Notes under the pieces: model-generated
What the model saw: only the letters and a program-made list of their open reading frames with translations
Told to the model about the DNA's origin: nothing
Database searches by the model: none
Translations under genes and position numbers: made by a program
Shown here: piece after piece, positions 34,962 to 43,989 of the stretch
How the letters are laid out: every line of letters starts with the position of its first letter
Position numbering within the stretch: the first letter of the stretch is position 1
IMG/VR virus record: IMGVR_UViG_3300031992_000044
Strand: one strand, 5' to 3'
DNA: 64,000 bases
From: a virus

Positions 34962-35160
34962 CTTCTTTTACTGCATATGTTACCCAGCCGGCAAATTTAG
35001 TACAACCTTTATCTATCATTTCTTGGAATGCTTCTGCGGCTTGTTCTTTAGTAACTCCAATTTGTTCAATAGGGACGCTTATATATGGCCGCAATCCGTC
35101 TTCTCCTTTAGGTGCTTCTAGAAATAAGAAGTGTACCATTGTATCAGTTCTGTTCTCCAT
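34951..35160 (-). CDS. hypothetical protein (69 aa)
   Basis: Intact co-oriented ORF overlapping both neighbours. Confidence 0.45.
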   Translation of the reverse strand: MENRTDTMVHFLFLEAPKGEDGLRPYISVPIEQIGVTKEQAAEAFQEMIDKGCTKFAGWVTYAVKEDGE

Positions 35161-35668
35161 CTTTTTTTGTCTCTTCTACTGGTTCTATATATTCATCGGA
35201 GGCTTCACCGATAGGTGAAACGTACTCATCCATTATAACTGGTGCAGGCTCTTCCACAGTCGATTCCACCGGTCTATCCAGCTGTCCGTCTCCGGTTCCT
35301 TCGGGGGTTGCCAACTCGGGAGTTTCTGGGAGATTATTATACTCATTTTTAAGTTCTTCTATAGCTTTATTTATTTCTTCTAACTCTGCTTGTTCTGCCT
35401 CATTTGCAGCATTTTTAGCGTCATCTACGCTTGTTTGGAGGAATGTCATACGTTTCATCAGATCCTCTCTAGACATGTTGTTGTAGAGCTTAAAAAGCCA
35501 CTTTTGGGCATTATTTAAGTAGACCTTATATACCTCATTATCAGGGTTTTCCTTAACTTTTTTAGTTAATTTGTCTACTAATTCTTCGGTTTCCTCAAGG
35601 GTAAATGCTCCTTGGTCCCCGCGACGAATTAACTCGCCATCAATATCATAAATATTACTTTCTTTCAT
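35144..35668 (-). CDS. hypothetical acidic protein (174 aa)
   Basis: Intact co-oriented ORF. Confidence 0.5.
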   Translation of the reverse strand: MKESNIYDIDGELIRRGDQGAFTLEETEELVDKLTKKVKENPDNEVYKVYLNNAQKWLFKLYNNMSREDLMKRMTFLQTSVDDAKNAANEAEQAELEEINKAIEELKNEYNNLPETPELATPEGTGDGQLDRPVESTVEEPAPVIMDEYVSPIGEASDEYIEPVEETKKDGEQN

Positions 35669-35774
35669 AATTCAAAGTCAAAATCGTCCGTAGTATGACG
35701 CTGATCCTCGTCATCATAAGGCTCTATTTCATGCTTATTATTCATAGTCAGTAGGATAAAGTCCGTTAATAAGT

Positions 35775-36293
35775 CTATTCCGTTGTGCTTTCTCCATTAG
35801 CGCTAAGGCTTTCAAGAAGTTTTCGTCTTCTAAGGCTTGTTTCAAAGTGTTTGACGTACCGTGTGCACGGTGTTTGTTGGGGGTCTCCATTTTCATTGAA
35901 TGTTATGTGAGAATAAAATTGTTCTTTTTTCCATTTGTTATAGGCATTATATGCCTGTTTTCGTTCATACTTGTTACTAAATCTATGAATACACTTTAAC
36001 ATAGCCTCAGCGTCAACACTACCACATGCTTTTATACTACAAATATCGTCTATAAAGCTCATAGCAGCATCTTCGTCATACTTTTCTTGTATTGTCTAAT
36101 ATTCTGCCATAGCCTATGCTATATACTAGTTATCAGGGTCATATTCTGGCTCTAAATCAAGTATATACGCACTATTTATAGGGGCTCCATGGATAAAGAA
36201 ATACTTGCAATTATCTGTAACTGGGTGATTTTCATGCTTCATACTTAGAAAATCAGCATAATACAGTATAGCATTCAACTCTATATTTGTCAT
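35775..36293 (-). CDS. DUF4065/Panacea (SocA/GepA-like) domain protein, 3 in-frame TAG codons
   Basis: ATG 36293. TAG at 36126-28, 36114-16 and 36096-98, in frame with ORF 35775..36062. N-terminus ELNAILYYADFLS...FIHGAPI resembles the KLLYYAQ...HGPV signature. Confidence 0.5.
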
Positions 36294-36715
36294 TTATTAA
36301 GCCAGTTTTTAAGAATTAACGTGGTTATGTACGACTTCTCATAAGCAAAGTGTTCTTGGTTATCTAAGTCTATTTCAGCTCCAATTATCTTGTACAAATC
36401 TAGTATAGCATGACATGCTTCATGGTCTGCCAGGTTTATTATATCAAGCAACTTGTCTACTTTTACACTAGTGTCGGAAACATGTTTTACTAATATAAAC
36501 TGCCTATTATCACTCTTACGTTTTACTGATACAGTAACTCCCTGATACGGATACCCATCGCTATCGTTGAGAAAATTATCGTCTAATTCTACTCCATCGG
36601 AATACGTAAATATCTCCTGAAGCTCCTCGAATGTAGTATACTTGTTTGCTATTGCTAGATATACTTCATATGGAGTTTCGTAATAATCTATCCTGCTCTT
36701 ATTGTTTTGTTTCAT
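36290..36715 (-). CDS. HExxH metallopeptidase-like protein (ImmA/IrrE-like?)
   Basis: ORF 36290..36850 trimmed to ATG 36715 (MKQNNKS). Motif ADHEACHAILD. Its TGA overlaps the downstream ATG (ATGA). Confidence 0.45.
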   Translation of the reverse strand: MKQNNKSRIDYYETPYEVYLAIANKYTTFEELQEIFTYSDGVELDDNFLNDSDGYPYQGVTVSVKRKSDNRQFILVKHVSDTSVKVDKLLDIINLADHEACHAILDLYKIIGAEIDLDNQEHFAYEKSYITTLILKNWLNK

Positions 36716-36861
36716 ACGATTTAGTTTACTGGGGAAAGAGAAGAAAGTAGCAAAGAAGATAAAGGGCCAGTATATATTATATAAATTTATATAGTTATAA
36801 CAGTATAGAGCCCCTAATAACCCCCCTATAGTCCCCCCTTCTTCCCCCAAAGGTCACCTGC

Positions 36862-36943
36862 ATAACGCATAAAATGCCCAAAAAGTTGCAAAAATAAAAA
36901 ATTTTTATCGTTTTGCAACCAACTTTAAAGAAATCTGCGTTAT
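36862..36943. promoter_or_regulatory. nested inverted repeats in the divergent intergenic region
   Basis: Outer ATAACGCA (36862-69) / TGCGTTAT (36936-43). Inner GTTGCAAAA (36885-93) / TTTTGCAAC (36911-19) around an A/T tract. Lies between the last minus-strand gene and the first plus-strand gene. Confidence 0.55.
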
Positions 36944-36976
36944 GGGGGCGTAATTTGATTAAATTGTTAAATTAAA

Positions 36977-37387
36977 ATGGCAAAAACATTACGTGTAATT
37001 TCTGATTTTTTGGACATGAATCCTGGTGATACGTTTGAATACGATAACGATACCAAGATGTATGTCGCAGAGCGAAACGAGGAATTTCATCGTACGGATG
37101 ATTCTGATAGTGAACTCCGCTCGATTTATAGTTCTAAGTTCGCTATTTCTGAAGGATATGCCAGAGAGTTGATTCAGGACGGTATTCTTGAGGACGCCAT
37201 TAACGATTCAAAAAGTTTCGTTAACGTATTCGACGAGATTGATAATCTTACTACCAGATATGAGAGTGAGCTTAAGAATCTCGATGAAGATATGGCTCAG
37301 TTCCCAGAGTGCATGAAGGTTGAGCGTACAACAGTACTTAACAATCTTCTTTCTGTACTTGATCACCTCAAAGGACTTAAGAAGTAA
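36977..37387 (+). CDS. hypothetical acidic protein (136 aa)
   Basis: Intact ORF, first gene of the plus arm. Confidence 0.55.
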   Translation: MAKTLRVISDFLDMNPGDTFEYDNDTKMYVAERNEEFHRTDDSDSELRSIYSSKFAISEGYARELIQDGILEDAINDSKSFVNVFDEIDNLTTRYESELKNLDEDMAQFPECMKVERTTVLNNLLSVLDHLKGLKK

Positions 37388-37390
37388 AAT

Positions 37391-37804
37391 ATGGGAGAAG
37401 AAGAAAAATTAATAGACCAATCGCCGCTTGCTGAGAGTGTAGCACAGAACATCAAATACGATTTTCTTGACTATTTCCTGGTAAAGCCGCTGGATCCGGT
37501 CAAAGTGAAGAAAGAATTTACAAAACCGGTCGCAACTGGTACACCCGCAAAAGATGCAAATGGAGTTGAAGCACAAGACTTTGACAACGTTGAGACCGAG
37601 GTTAAAGAAGTTGATTCTGATTATCGTAGAGGAATTGTATTGAAACGTCCTCTTTACTACAACGGAAGTGATGTTATTGGCACATCGCAAGAAATAAAAG
37701 TAGGCGATGTTGTTATATTTAGAGATCCTGCCGGACTTCGCTTTGACTTACTTAAAGATAGTCGTTTGCTTCGTTTATACGACATACTTGGTGTAGAAGC
37801 ATGA
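37391..37804 (+). CDS. hypothetical protein (137 aa; weak GroES-like C-terminal pattern)
   Basis: Intact ORF. KVGDVVIF...YDILGV recalls co-chaperonin motifs, but this is weak. Confidence 0.5.
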   Translation: MGEEEKLIDQSPLAESVAQNIKYDFLDYFLVKPLDPVKVKKEFTKPVATGTPAKDANGVEAQDFDNVETEVKEVDSDYRRGIVLKRPLYYNGSDVIGTSQEIKVGDVVIFRDPAGLRFDLLKDSRLLRLYDILGVEA

Positions 37805-38016
37805 TCGACATCGATAAAGTAATTAGAGAAGTCGCCAAACGTTTAAATGTAGACAAAGATATAGTTGATACAGTGTGCAAACACGCGTTTAAAGAAACAG
37901 TAGAAACTATGAAGTCTGATGATGATTGTAGAGATATACTATTCAATCAATTATTTAAGTTTAAACTGAAGCGTAGATACAAAGAAGATAAAACATACAA
38001 ATACAGTTCAAAATGA
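37801..38016 (+). CDS. hypothetical protein (71 aa; weak HU/IHF-like N-terminal pattern)
   Basis: 4-nt overlaps with both neighbours. Confidence 0.45.
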   Translation: MIDIDKVIREVAKRLNVDKDIVDTVCKHAFKETVETMKSDDDCRDILFNQLFKFKLKRRYKEDKTYKYSSK

Positions 38017-38477
38017 AGACTTTATATTTAACACAGAGCTCAGAGAACATCGTTGTTGATCCAGAGACTGACTTTGTTGGCAAGCTCAACAGTGAGGATC
38101 GTTATTCAATTCGCTCAGTATACTACATGGAAGAACCCATGCATATTGTATATCAGTGCGGTGAAGTGAAGGAAGAGCTTGATGCCCGTAAGGGCGACAT
38201 TGTACTGGTGTTTTATAGCAATACTTATAACAAGTATACTATTGATACTATACGTACAAAACAGTGGGCTGCTAATATCCGTAACGAGCACGCCATGCGT
38301 CAGAAGGAGAAGGAAGAGTGGGCTGCTAAGAAAGCTAGCTGTGATTGTGATACATGCTGTGAGACATGTTCATGTGGTGCAAATTTAGCAGAAATTCCTG
38401 TGGTTAACGCTGCTCCTGAAAAGGAGAACATTGCCAAAAAGATTAAGAAGGCGTTAAAGAAAGTAACTAAGAAATGA
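38013..38477 (+). CDS. hypothetical protein (154 aa)
   Basis: Intact ORF with a C-terminal Cys cluster CDCDTCCETCSC. Confidence 0.5.
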   Translation: MKTLYLTQSSENIVVDPETDFVGKLNSEDRYSIRSVYYMEEPMHIVYQCGEVKEELDARKGDIVLVFYSNTYNKYTIDTIRTKQWAANIRNEHAMRQKEKEEWAAKKASCDCDTCCETCSCGANLAEIPVVNAAPEKENIAKKIKKALKKVTKK

Positions 38478-38836
38478 TAATCATGAAGACAAAGAATACA
38501 AAAAATACTAAGAAAGTAACAAAGAAGCCTGACTTTGTAGTAGATTGGACAAACATTGAGACATATCTTGATGTTCCATATGAGACAGCTCAAGCAAAAG
38601 TACGTGCGGGTCTTCCTATTTCACAGGAAGAGGCTGACGTAATTGAGAAGATGGGCTTTATGACTGCTGCCGATATCGTCGATGCTTGTGTTGCTGAAGC
38701 AGATAAGCATACTACTGTTATCGAAGACGATGAGCTCGCTGAGAAAATGGTAAAGATGATTAAGAAGCATATTGCCAAGAAACAGCCTTGGTATAAGCGC
38801 TTCTGGCGTTGGATTACTTTCCGTAAGAATAAGTGA
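38474..38836 (+). CDS. hypothetical protein (120 aa)
   Basis: Intact ORF, 4-nt overlap with the upstream gene. Confidence 0.5.
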   Translation: MIIMKTKNTKNTKKVTKKPDFVVDWTNIETYLDVPYETAQAKVRAGLPISQEEADVIEKMGFMTAADIVDACVAEADKHTTVIEDDELAEKMVKMIKKHIAKKQPWYKRFWRWITFRKNK

Positions 38837-39140
38837 TATAAGTGGCGCTTTGTGAAGGCGAAAGCTGGAGAGCGTCCAATCACTAATATACAGGTTAAGA
38901 CTAGTCATGTGCTCTCCTAATACATAAGGGATCGTAAACGAGCTGGGCGAAATCGGTAAGTAGGGGTCCTGTAAAAACCCCGAAGTCAATACAGGTTACA
39001 GGGTCCTGAAATTCCCTGTGAAGAGTTTGAACACATGTGAAAGATTTGAACGAATCAATCGAACTAAAAGAAAAATAAGAGAGAAATAATGTGAGACTTA
39101 CGTTTAGACCTTGCGAGAGAGCGTTACTCTCGGTAAGTCC

Positions 39141-39215
39141 TGCTCCATGGTGTAGCGGTAGCACGGGAGGCTCTAACCCTCCAGGTCCGGGTTCGACTCG
39201 ATGGTGGGGCGACCA
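39141..39215 (+). tRNA. amber suppressor tRNA (anticodon CTA), Gln-like architecture, CCA encoded
   Basis: TGCTCCA TG GTGT AGCGGTA GCAC G GGAGG CTCTAAC CCTCC ... TGGGGCG A CCA. Anticodon CTA at 39173-39175. 7-bp acceptor (2 G-U pairs). The D-arm matches the phage tRNA-Gln(TTG). The T-arm (CCGGG TTCGACT CGATG) pairs badly. Confidence 0.75.
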
Positions 39216-39237
39216 ATACACACTTTATATACACATT

Positions 39238-39792
39238 ATGACGATTAAATTTAAAAGACTTTCAGAAAATGCGATCGCACCTGTAAAAGCACATAGCACA
39301 GATGCTGGATTTGATTTGACTTGCACTGACGTTACAACAGAGATTAACGAGAACGGTCAAGTTGTTATAGTATATCACACAGGTCTGTCACTCGAAATAC
39401 CAGAAGGATATTTTGGAGCACTTGTTTCAAGATCTTCTATTGCAAAGAAGCCATTGTTGCTGACAAATGCATTTGGCGTCGTTGACTCTGGTTTTCGTGG
39501 AGAAGTTATTGGTAAATTTAAAGTTACCACAGATTCTGTACCTAGTGTATATAAACCAGGTGAACGATTTGCGCAACTTTTGATCCTTCCTGTACCAGAT
39601 GTACAGTTCGAGGAATCAGAAACACTTAGTGAAACAGATCGTGGCGAAGGCAGCTACGGATCTACAGATGAACAGACATCAAGCGCACCATCGGCTACTC
39701 AGAGTCTTCCGGAAACAGAAGGCGAGCCTATAAACTCTGAGCCCGCAACAGACGGCAGCGGCGACGCAGTAAACAGCGTTGAGGAAGCATAA
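39238..39792 (+). CDS. dut: dUTPase with acidic/Ser-rich C-terminal extension
   Basis: ORF 39091..39792 trimmed to ATG 39238 because the upstream part overlies the tRNA. Motifs AGFDL, GVVDSGFRGE, RFAQL. Confidence 0.85.
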   Translation: MTIKFKRLSENAIAPVKAHSTDAGFDLTCTDVTTEINENGQVVIVYHTGLSLEIPEGYFGALVSRSSIAKKPLLLTNAFGVVDSGFRGEVIGKFKVTTDSVPSVYKPGERFAQLLILPVPDVQFEESETLSETDRGEGSYGSTDEQTSSAPSATQSLPETEGEPINSEPATDGSGDAVNSVEEA

Positions 39793-39970
39793 TAATTACG
39801 TAATAAAAGCTTCATGGGGTGGCGTACATCGGATGGCAAAACCTCACGAGGTTGATTTAATCAACTGATACGGGCTACATTGGTAGTCAAGTTAATAGGG
39901 ACTCTTTAGAGGGCCCCTATTGGCGTATATACATTATTCTCAAATTATTTCATTAATTCTCTTTATTTTT

Positions 39971-40852
39971 ATGGAAAACTCTAAAATTTTTATGTTCCCT
40001 GAGAACGGGACAAAGAGCTCTATCGATCCTACTCTGCTTGCTCTGATGAACAACAATGGTGGTTTCGGTGGTAATAACTGGATATGGATTCTCTTCCTCT
40101 GGCTCATCTGGGGAGGTTATGGAATGAATGGTTTTGGCGGCATGGGAGGCTTCGGAGGTAATGGCTACTTCGCTAACCAGCTTGCTAATAGCGAAGGTAG
40201 AGATCTTCTGCTGCAGGCTATAAATGGTCGTGCAGATGCTCTCGGACAGCTTGCTAGTATTACTAATAGTAATGTAGAACAAGTATAGGCCGCTGTCAAC
40301 ACTTTGAATACCAGCATCCAGAATGTAGGCTCTCAGGTTGGTATGTCTAGCTTACAGGTAACCAACGCAATTCAGAGTGGTAATGCTTCTTTAAGCCACC
40401 AACTCTGTGAGTGTTGCTGCGAGAATCGTCTGCTGACAACTCAGCAAGGTTATGAGAATCGCATCTAGACCATTGAGCAGACCAATCAGCTTGGTTCTCA
40501 GGCCGACCGCAATACACGGTCAATAACAGACGCTATTGCGAATCTCCAGACCAACATGACCCGTGAGTTCTGTGATATTCGTGAGCGTGAAATGCAAAGT
40601 AAGATTGACACACAGAGTGATATTATCACTCAACTGCGTGGTCAGCTGGATAATGATCGTCAGACAGCACAGCTGTTTAACGCTATTAATCCTCTGCAGG
40701 CTAAGGTTAATGAGATTGCTAACAAGCAGCCCAACACTGTGCCTGTTGTATGGCCTAACTTAACCGCAGTTAACAACACTCCTTACGCAGCTGGAGCTTT
40801 ATATGGCTTTGGTTGGAATAATGGTTGGGGTTCTAACAGCTTTTGGAATTGA
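39971..40852 (+). CDS. Gly-rich membrane / coiled-coil protein, 2 in-frame TAG codons
   Basis: ORFs 39920..40288 and 40556..40852 share a frame and are bridged through TAG 40286-88 and 40466-68. N-terminus GGFGGNNWIWILFLWLIWGGYG. TGA stop. Confidence 0.65.
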
Positions 40853-40871
40853 TTGAGAAAGGAGGTAGACT

Positions 40872-41228
40872 ATGTTTGGTACTACTAATTATCCTTTTAA
40901 CTTTGCCAATCGCCGTGGTATACCTATGATTGAGAGCAGTGGCGTTACAGCTACAACGGAGAACGTTACTATTGCCCTCCCTAATAGAGTATTCAGATGG
41001 CTTAATGACAAAGGGGTAATCCTTTTTAGGCTTTGCCAAGTAATTCCAGAAGCATCAGTAGATCTTCCTATAGTATTTACATCTAATGATTTTACACAGC
41101 CTCTCACCCTTGCTGGTGGCGATCCTGCTACAGGTGCAAATGTTATAGGTCCTGGTGTATACCTGATCTACTATGATAAAGATGCTAACTTAATGCAGCT
41201 CCTTACTATGGCTGCTAGTTCTAACTAA
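40872..41228 (+). CDS. hypothetical protein (118 aa)
   Basis: Intact ORF. TAA stop. Confidence 0.5.
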   Translation: MFGTTNYPFNFANRRGIPMIESSGVTATTENVTIALPNRVFRWLNDKGVILFRLCQVIPEASVDLPIVFTSNDFTQPLTLAGGDPATGANVIGPGVYLIYYDKDANLMQLLTMAASSN

Positions 41229-41240
41229 TATTAATTAACT

Positions 41241-41774
41241 ATGTTTTCAGCTTTACGTCAAGGAGCTCCCCTTTATATATTAAATAAGGTGGAGAAACCC
41301 GAGCTAAAAATCGGGTATGTTGAAAGTGTGACGCAGCCGCGTCCTAGATACGCCACTTATAATCCTACTGTTAGCTTTGGTACTAATATGGAATAGATAG
41401 TAGATGTTGTCGTAAAAGTAGGCACAGATAAACTAGAATATTCTGGTGTACCAGCTAATGCATCTATTCATGAGTATAACAAGATAGTAATCAGTGAGAG
41501 TAGAGAAGCTATGATCTCTGAAGTCGATGGTATGCTCTAGAGTAGTAAGAACGTCTTAGATAACGTAGATTATCATCAAGATATTATAAAATCGTGTGAG
41601 GATATTCTCAAATAGCTTAACCCTACTTACGCAAAAGAGCAAGAGAGGGATAGTGCTATAGAAGATCTAACAGCACAGGTAAATAAAATATAGACTGAGT
41701 TTGGATCTATTAAAGGTACTCTTTCAAAGATAGAAGGGCTCCTGACTAGAACTGAGAACGTCCAAACAGTATAA
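41241..41774 (+). CDS. hypothetical protein visible only with TAG as sense (4 in-frame TAG)
   Basis: Hand-translated from ATG 41241. 177 codons, with TAG (first at 41394-96) as the only in-frame stop until TAA 41772-74. Fills an otherwise empty 530-nt gap. Confidence 0.6.
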
Positions 41775-41776
41775 TT

Positions 41777-42049
41777 ATGGTGATGATTGAATTTAAAGAA
41801 GCAGCCGTTGATAAAGTATTCAACCTGCTTGAGGAGTCGTTTGAGCACAACAAGAATCAAAAGATGATTCTATGTGAGCTTTATGATGTTCTTGAAGATG
41901 CTATGAAAGATCATGGCGATGAAGACAAGATATCAAAAGGTATCATGGGTCTTCGTGAATCTAGAAGCGGTTACCGCTCTTCTATGCATGGTGGCTATAA
42001 ACGAGGAATGCGCGATGACTATCGTGAGGATAATCGTTATGCTTATTGA
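41777..42049 (+). CDS. hypothetical protein (90 aa)
   Basis: Intact ORF. TGA stop. Confidence 0.5.
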   Translation: MVMIEFKEAAVDKVFNLLEESFEHNKNQKMILCELYDVLEDAMKDHGDEDKISKGIMGLRESRSGYRSSMHGGYKRGMRDDYREDNRYAY

Positions 42050-42124
42050 TCGAAGATAATAACAGTGGGGGTCAGGGGATACTTGATCCCCATTTGTTTT
42101 TGTATAACTTAAATATTTATTATT

Positions 42125-42544
42125 ATGCATAAGACAGATTTGACCCAGTTTGACATCAAACCGGAAGCAATGGTTAATTATCTTCGATATAACGGTCCTC
42201 ATTTCAATAAGAAGCTATTACAGTTTGCTACTAGTAAGATGACTAAGAAAGGAATCAATGGCAAAGAAACAGCCATAGTTCCTTATACTATAGAACAAGT
42301 TGATAATATCATTAGAATAAACAATATCAACTTAGAATATAATCAGCTTTACGACTACGTATTTGTAGCTAACATGTGTAAAGCAGATTACTTAGGCTCT
42401 AGTATAACAGATGAAATGCATCTTGCTAAGTATATCAAAGATGTAATAGACGATGTTGATGGTTATGACGGTATCGTGTTTAATCGTTGGTATGCGGATA
42501 TGTGCCGAAAAGGTATTGTTATTAACTGGGAAGAAATGATATGA
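42125..42544 (+). CDS. hypothetical protein (139 aa)
   Basis: Intact ORF. TGA stop overlaps the next ATG. Confidence 0.5.
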   Translation: MHKTDLTQFDIKPEAMVNYLRYNGPHFNKKLLQFATSKMTKKGINGKETAIVPYTIEQVDNIIRINNINLEYNQLYDYVFVANMCKADYLGSSITDEMHLAKYIKDVIDDVDGYDGIVFNRWYADMCRKGIVINWEEMI

Positions 42545-42945
42545 CCAGCTAGTACATCAAGATAGGCAAGTACTGGAGAGTGCTTGTACTATATAATGCA
42601 GACTTCAACGATCTACCTGAGATAGAGGATTCTCTAGTACAGTTAGATTGTTCAGAAGAAGATATTGACGCTATTGCAAAAGTATTACAAAAGCGTGATA
42701 TAGGTTTTACATACAGTAACAGTGATTATAAAATGAGTATTGTATGTATTTCAGAGTCTACTTCTGCTGAAGAGTTTGTAAATACTGCAGCACACGAAGC
42801 TAAACATGTGCAGTCACATATGTGCGAATATTATGGTATACCGGAAGACAGTGAAGAAGCTGCCTATATCATAGGGCACATAGTGTCAGAGATGTACAAA
42901 ATGGTCAGCAAAGTAATTAAACACTATGTTCGATATCTAGGGTGA
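42541..42945 (+). CDS. small HExxH metallopeptidase-like protein, 1 in-frame TAG
   Basis: ATG 42541 (ATGA-type overlap), TAG 42550-52, then ORF 42580..42945 in the same frame. Motif AAHEAKHVQSH. Confidence 0.55.
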
Positions 42946-43444
42946 TAAAATTCGCCTATCTACCGACGAACTTGCAATCCCACCTTTTAGGGAGCATTAT
43001 AATAATGCTAAGGATAAAGCAATTGCGTTGAAAGAAATCGAATACATTATTTGGCTACACAAATGGAACAGCCCGTATGAAGCTTACCCAGCAGATAAAC
43101 GGGCTGCTATTGTAGCCAAAGATGTATTTAAAGATGATAAATATGTACCTACTGCAGAAGTAAAAGAACTTGCTAGACGCTTCATAGAGTTCCAAGAAAC
43201 ACCTGGTACAAGATTGTTAACAGCGTCATAGACTGCAGCAGAGGGGCTTATAGCTGCCCTAAATGACTACTCGTAGGGTAATATGGATATAGATACTGCT
43301 ATTAAAGTAACACGTATCTTAAAAGATGTTGGTAATATTGTTAAGTCTCTAGATATAGCTATGAAACAAGCTAAAGCCGAGTAGTTGGAGACTGGTAAAG
43401 TTAAAGGTGGAGGTATAATAGGCCTCTACGAAATGGTTAAATAA
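42926..43444 (+). CDS. hypothetical protein, 4 in-frame TAG codons
   Basis: ATG 42926. TAG at 42938-40, 43229-31 and two more. Same frame as ORF 43028..43231. TAA at 43442-44. Confidence 0.5.
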
Positions 43445-43452
43445 TATACAAC

Positions 43453-43989
43453 ATGGAGAAAAGAGTTTTATTTACAGAACTTGATGACAGGGGATCACAT
43501 CTCCGTAGAGACATTACTCCCACTGCGGTGGTAACCGACAAACGTCGTTTCCCGATAGCGCAGTTCTGGGATGCAAACAAAACTTATGATGTAATCGTAG
43601 CTGATGCCACAAGTGCTTCAGATACATTAGAAAAGGCTGAGAAGAATCTTAATAATGAGATTGCAACAGCCAGAGCTGCAGAAGCTACGTTAAGAGCTCA
43701 GTCTGTAGCTACCGCATCATATGATAGTCAAAATAAACTTATTAAATTCTATAATGCAAACGGTACTCTTCTAGACACGAGTATTGATGCCACTAACTTT
43801 ATCAAGGATGGAATGGTAAGTAATGTTGCTATAGACGGCGACTATCTTGTTATTACATTTAATACAGATGCTGGGCAAGACGATATAGAGATTCCTTTGA
43901 GTGATATATTTAATCCCAACAATTATTATACTAAGACACAAATAGATAATATGATTGGGGATATTGAATCGTTACTTTCTAATATTTAA
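43453..43989 (+). CDS. tail-fibre-associated protein (178 aa)
   Basis: C-terminal NPNNYYTKTQIDNMIGDIESLL is repeated in the 51818 fibre gene. Located upstream of the fibre genes. Confidence 0.55.
   Translation: MEKRVLFTELDDRGSHLRRDITPTAVVTDKRRFPIAQFWDANKTYDVIVADATSASDTLEKAEKNLNNEIATARAAEATLRAQSVATASYDSQNKLIKFYNANGTLLDTSIDATNFIKDGMVSNVAIDGDYLVITFNTDAGQDDIEIPLSDIFNPNNYYTKTQIDNMIGDIESLLSNI

Noticed and set aside
39091-39237. Longer dUTPase N-terminus starting at 39091
   Set aside because: That part of the ORF is the translated image of the suppressor tRNA gene (39141-39215). The conserved dUTPase sequence begins at ATG 39238.
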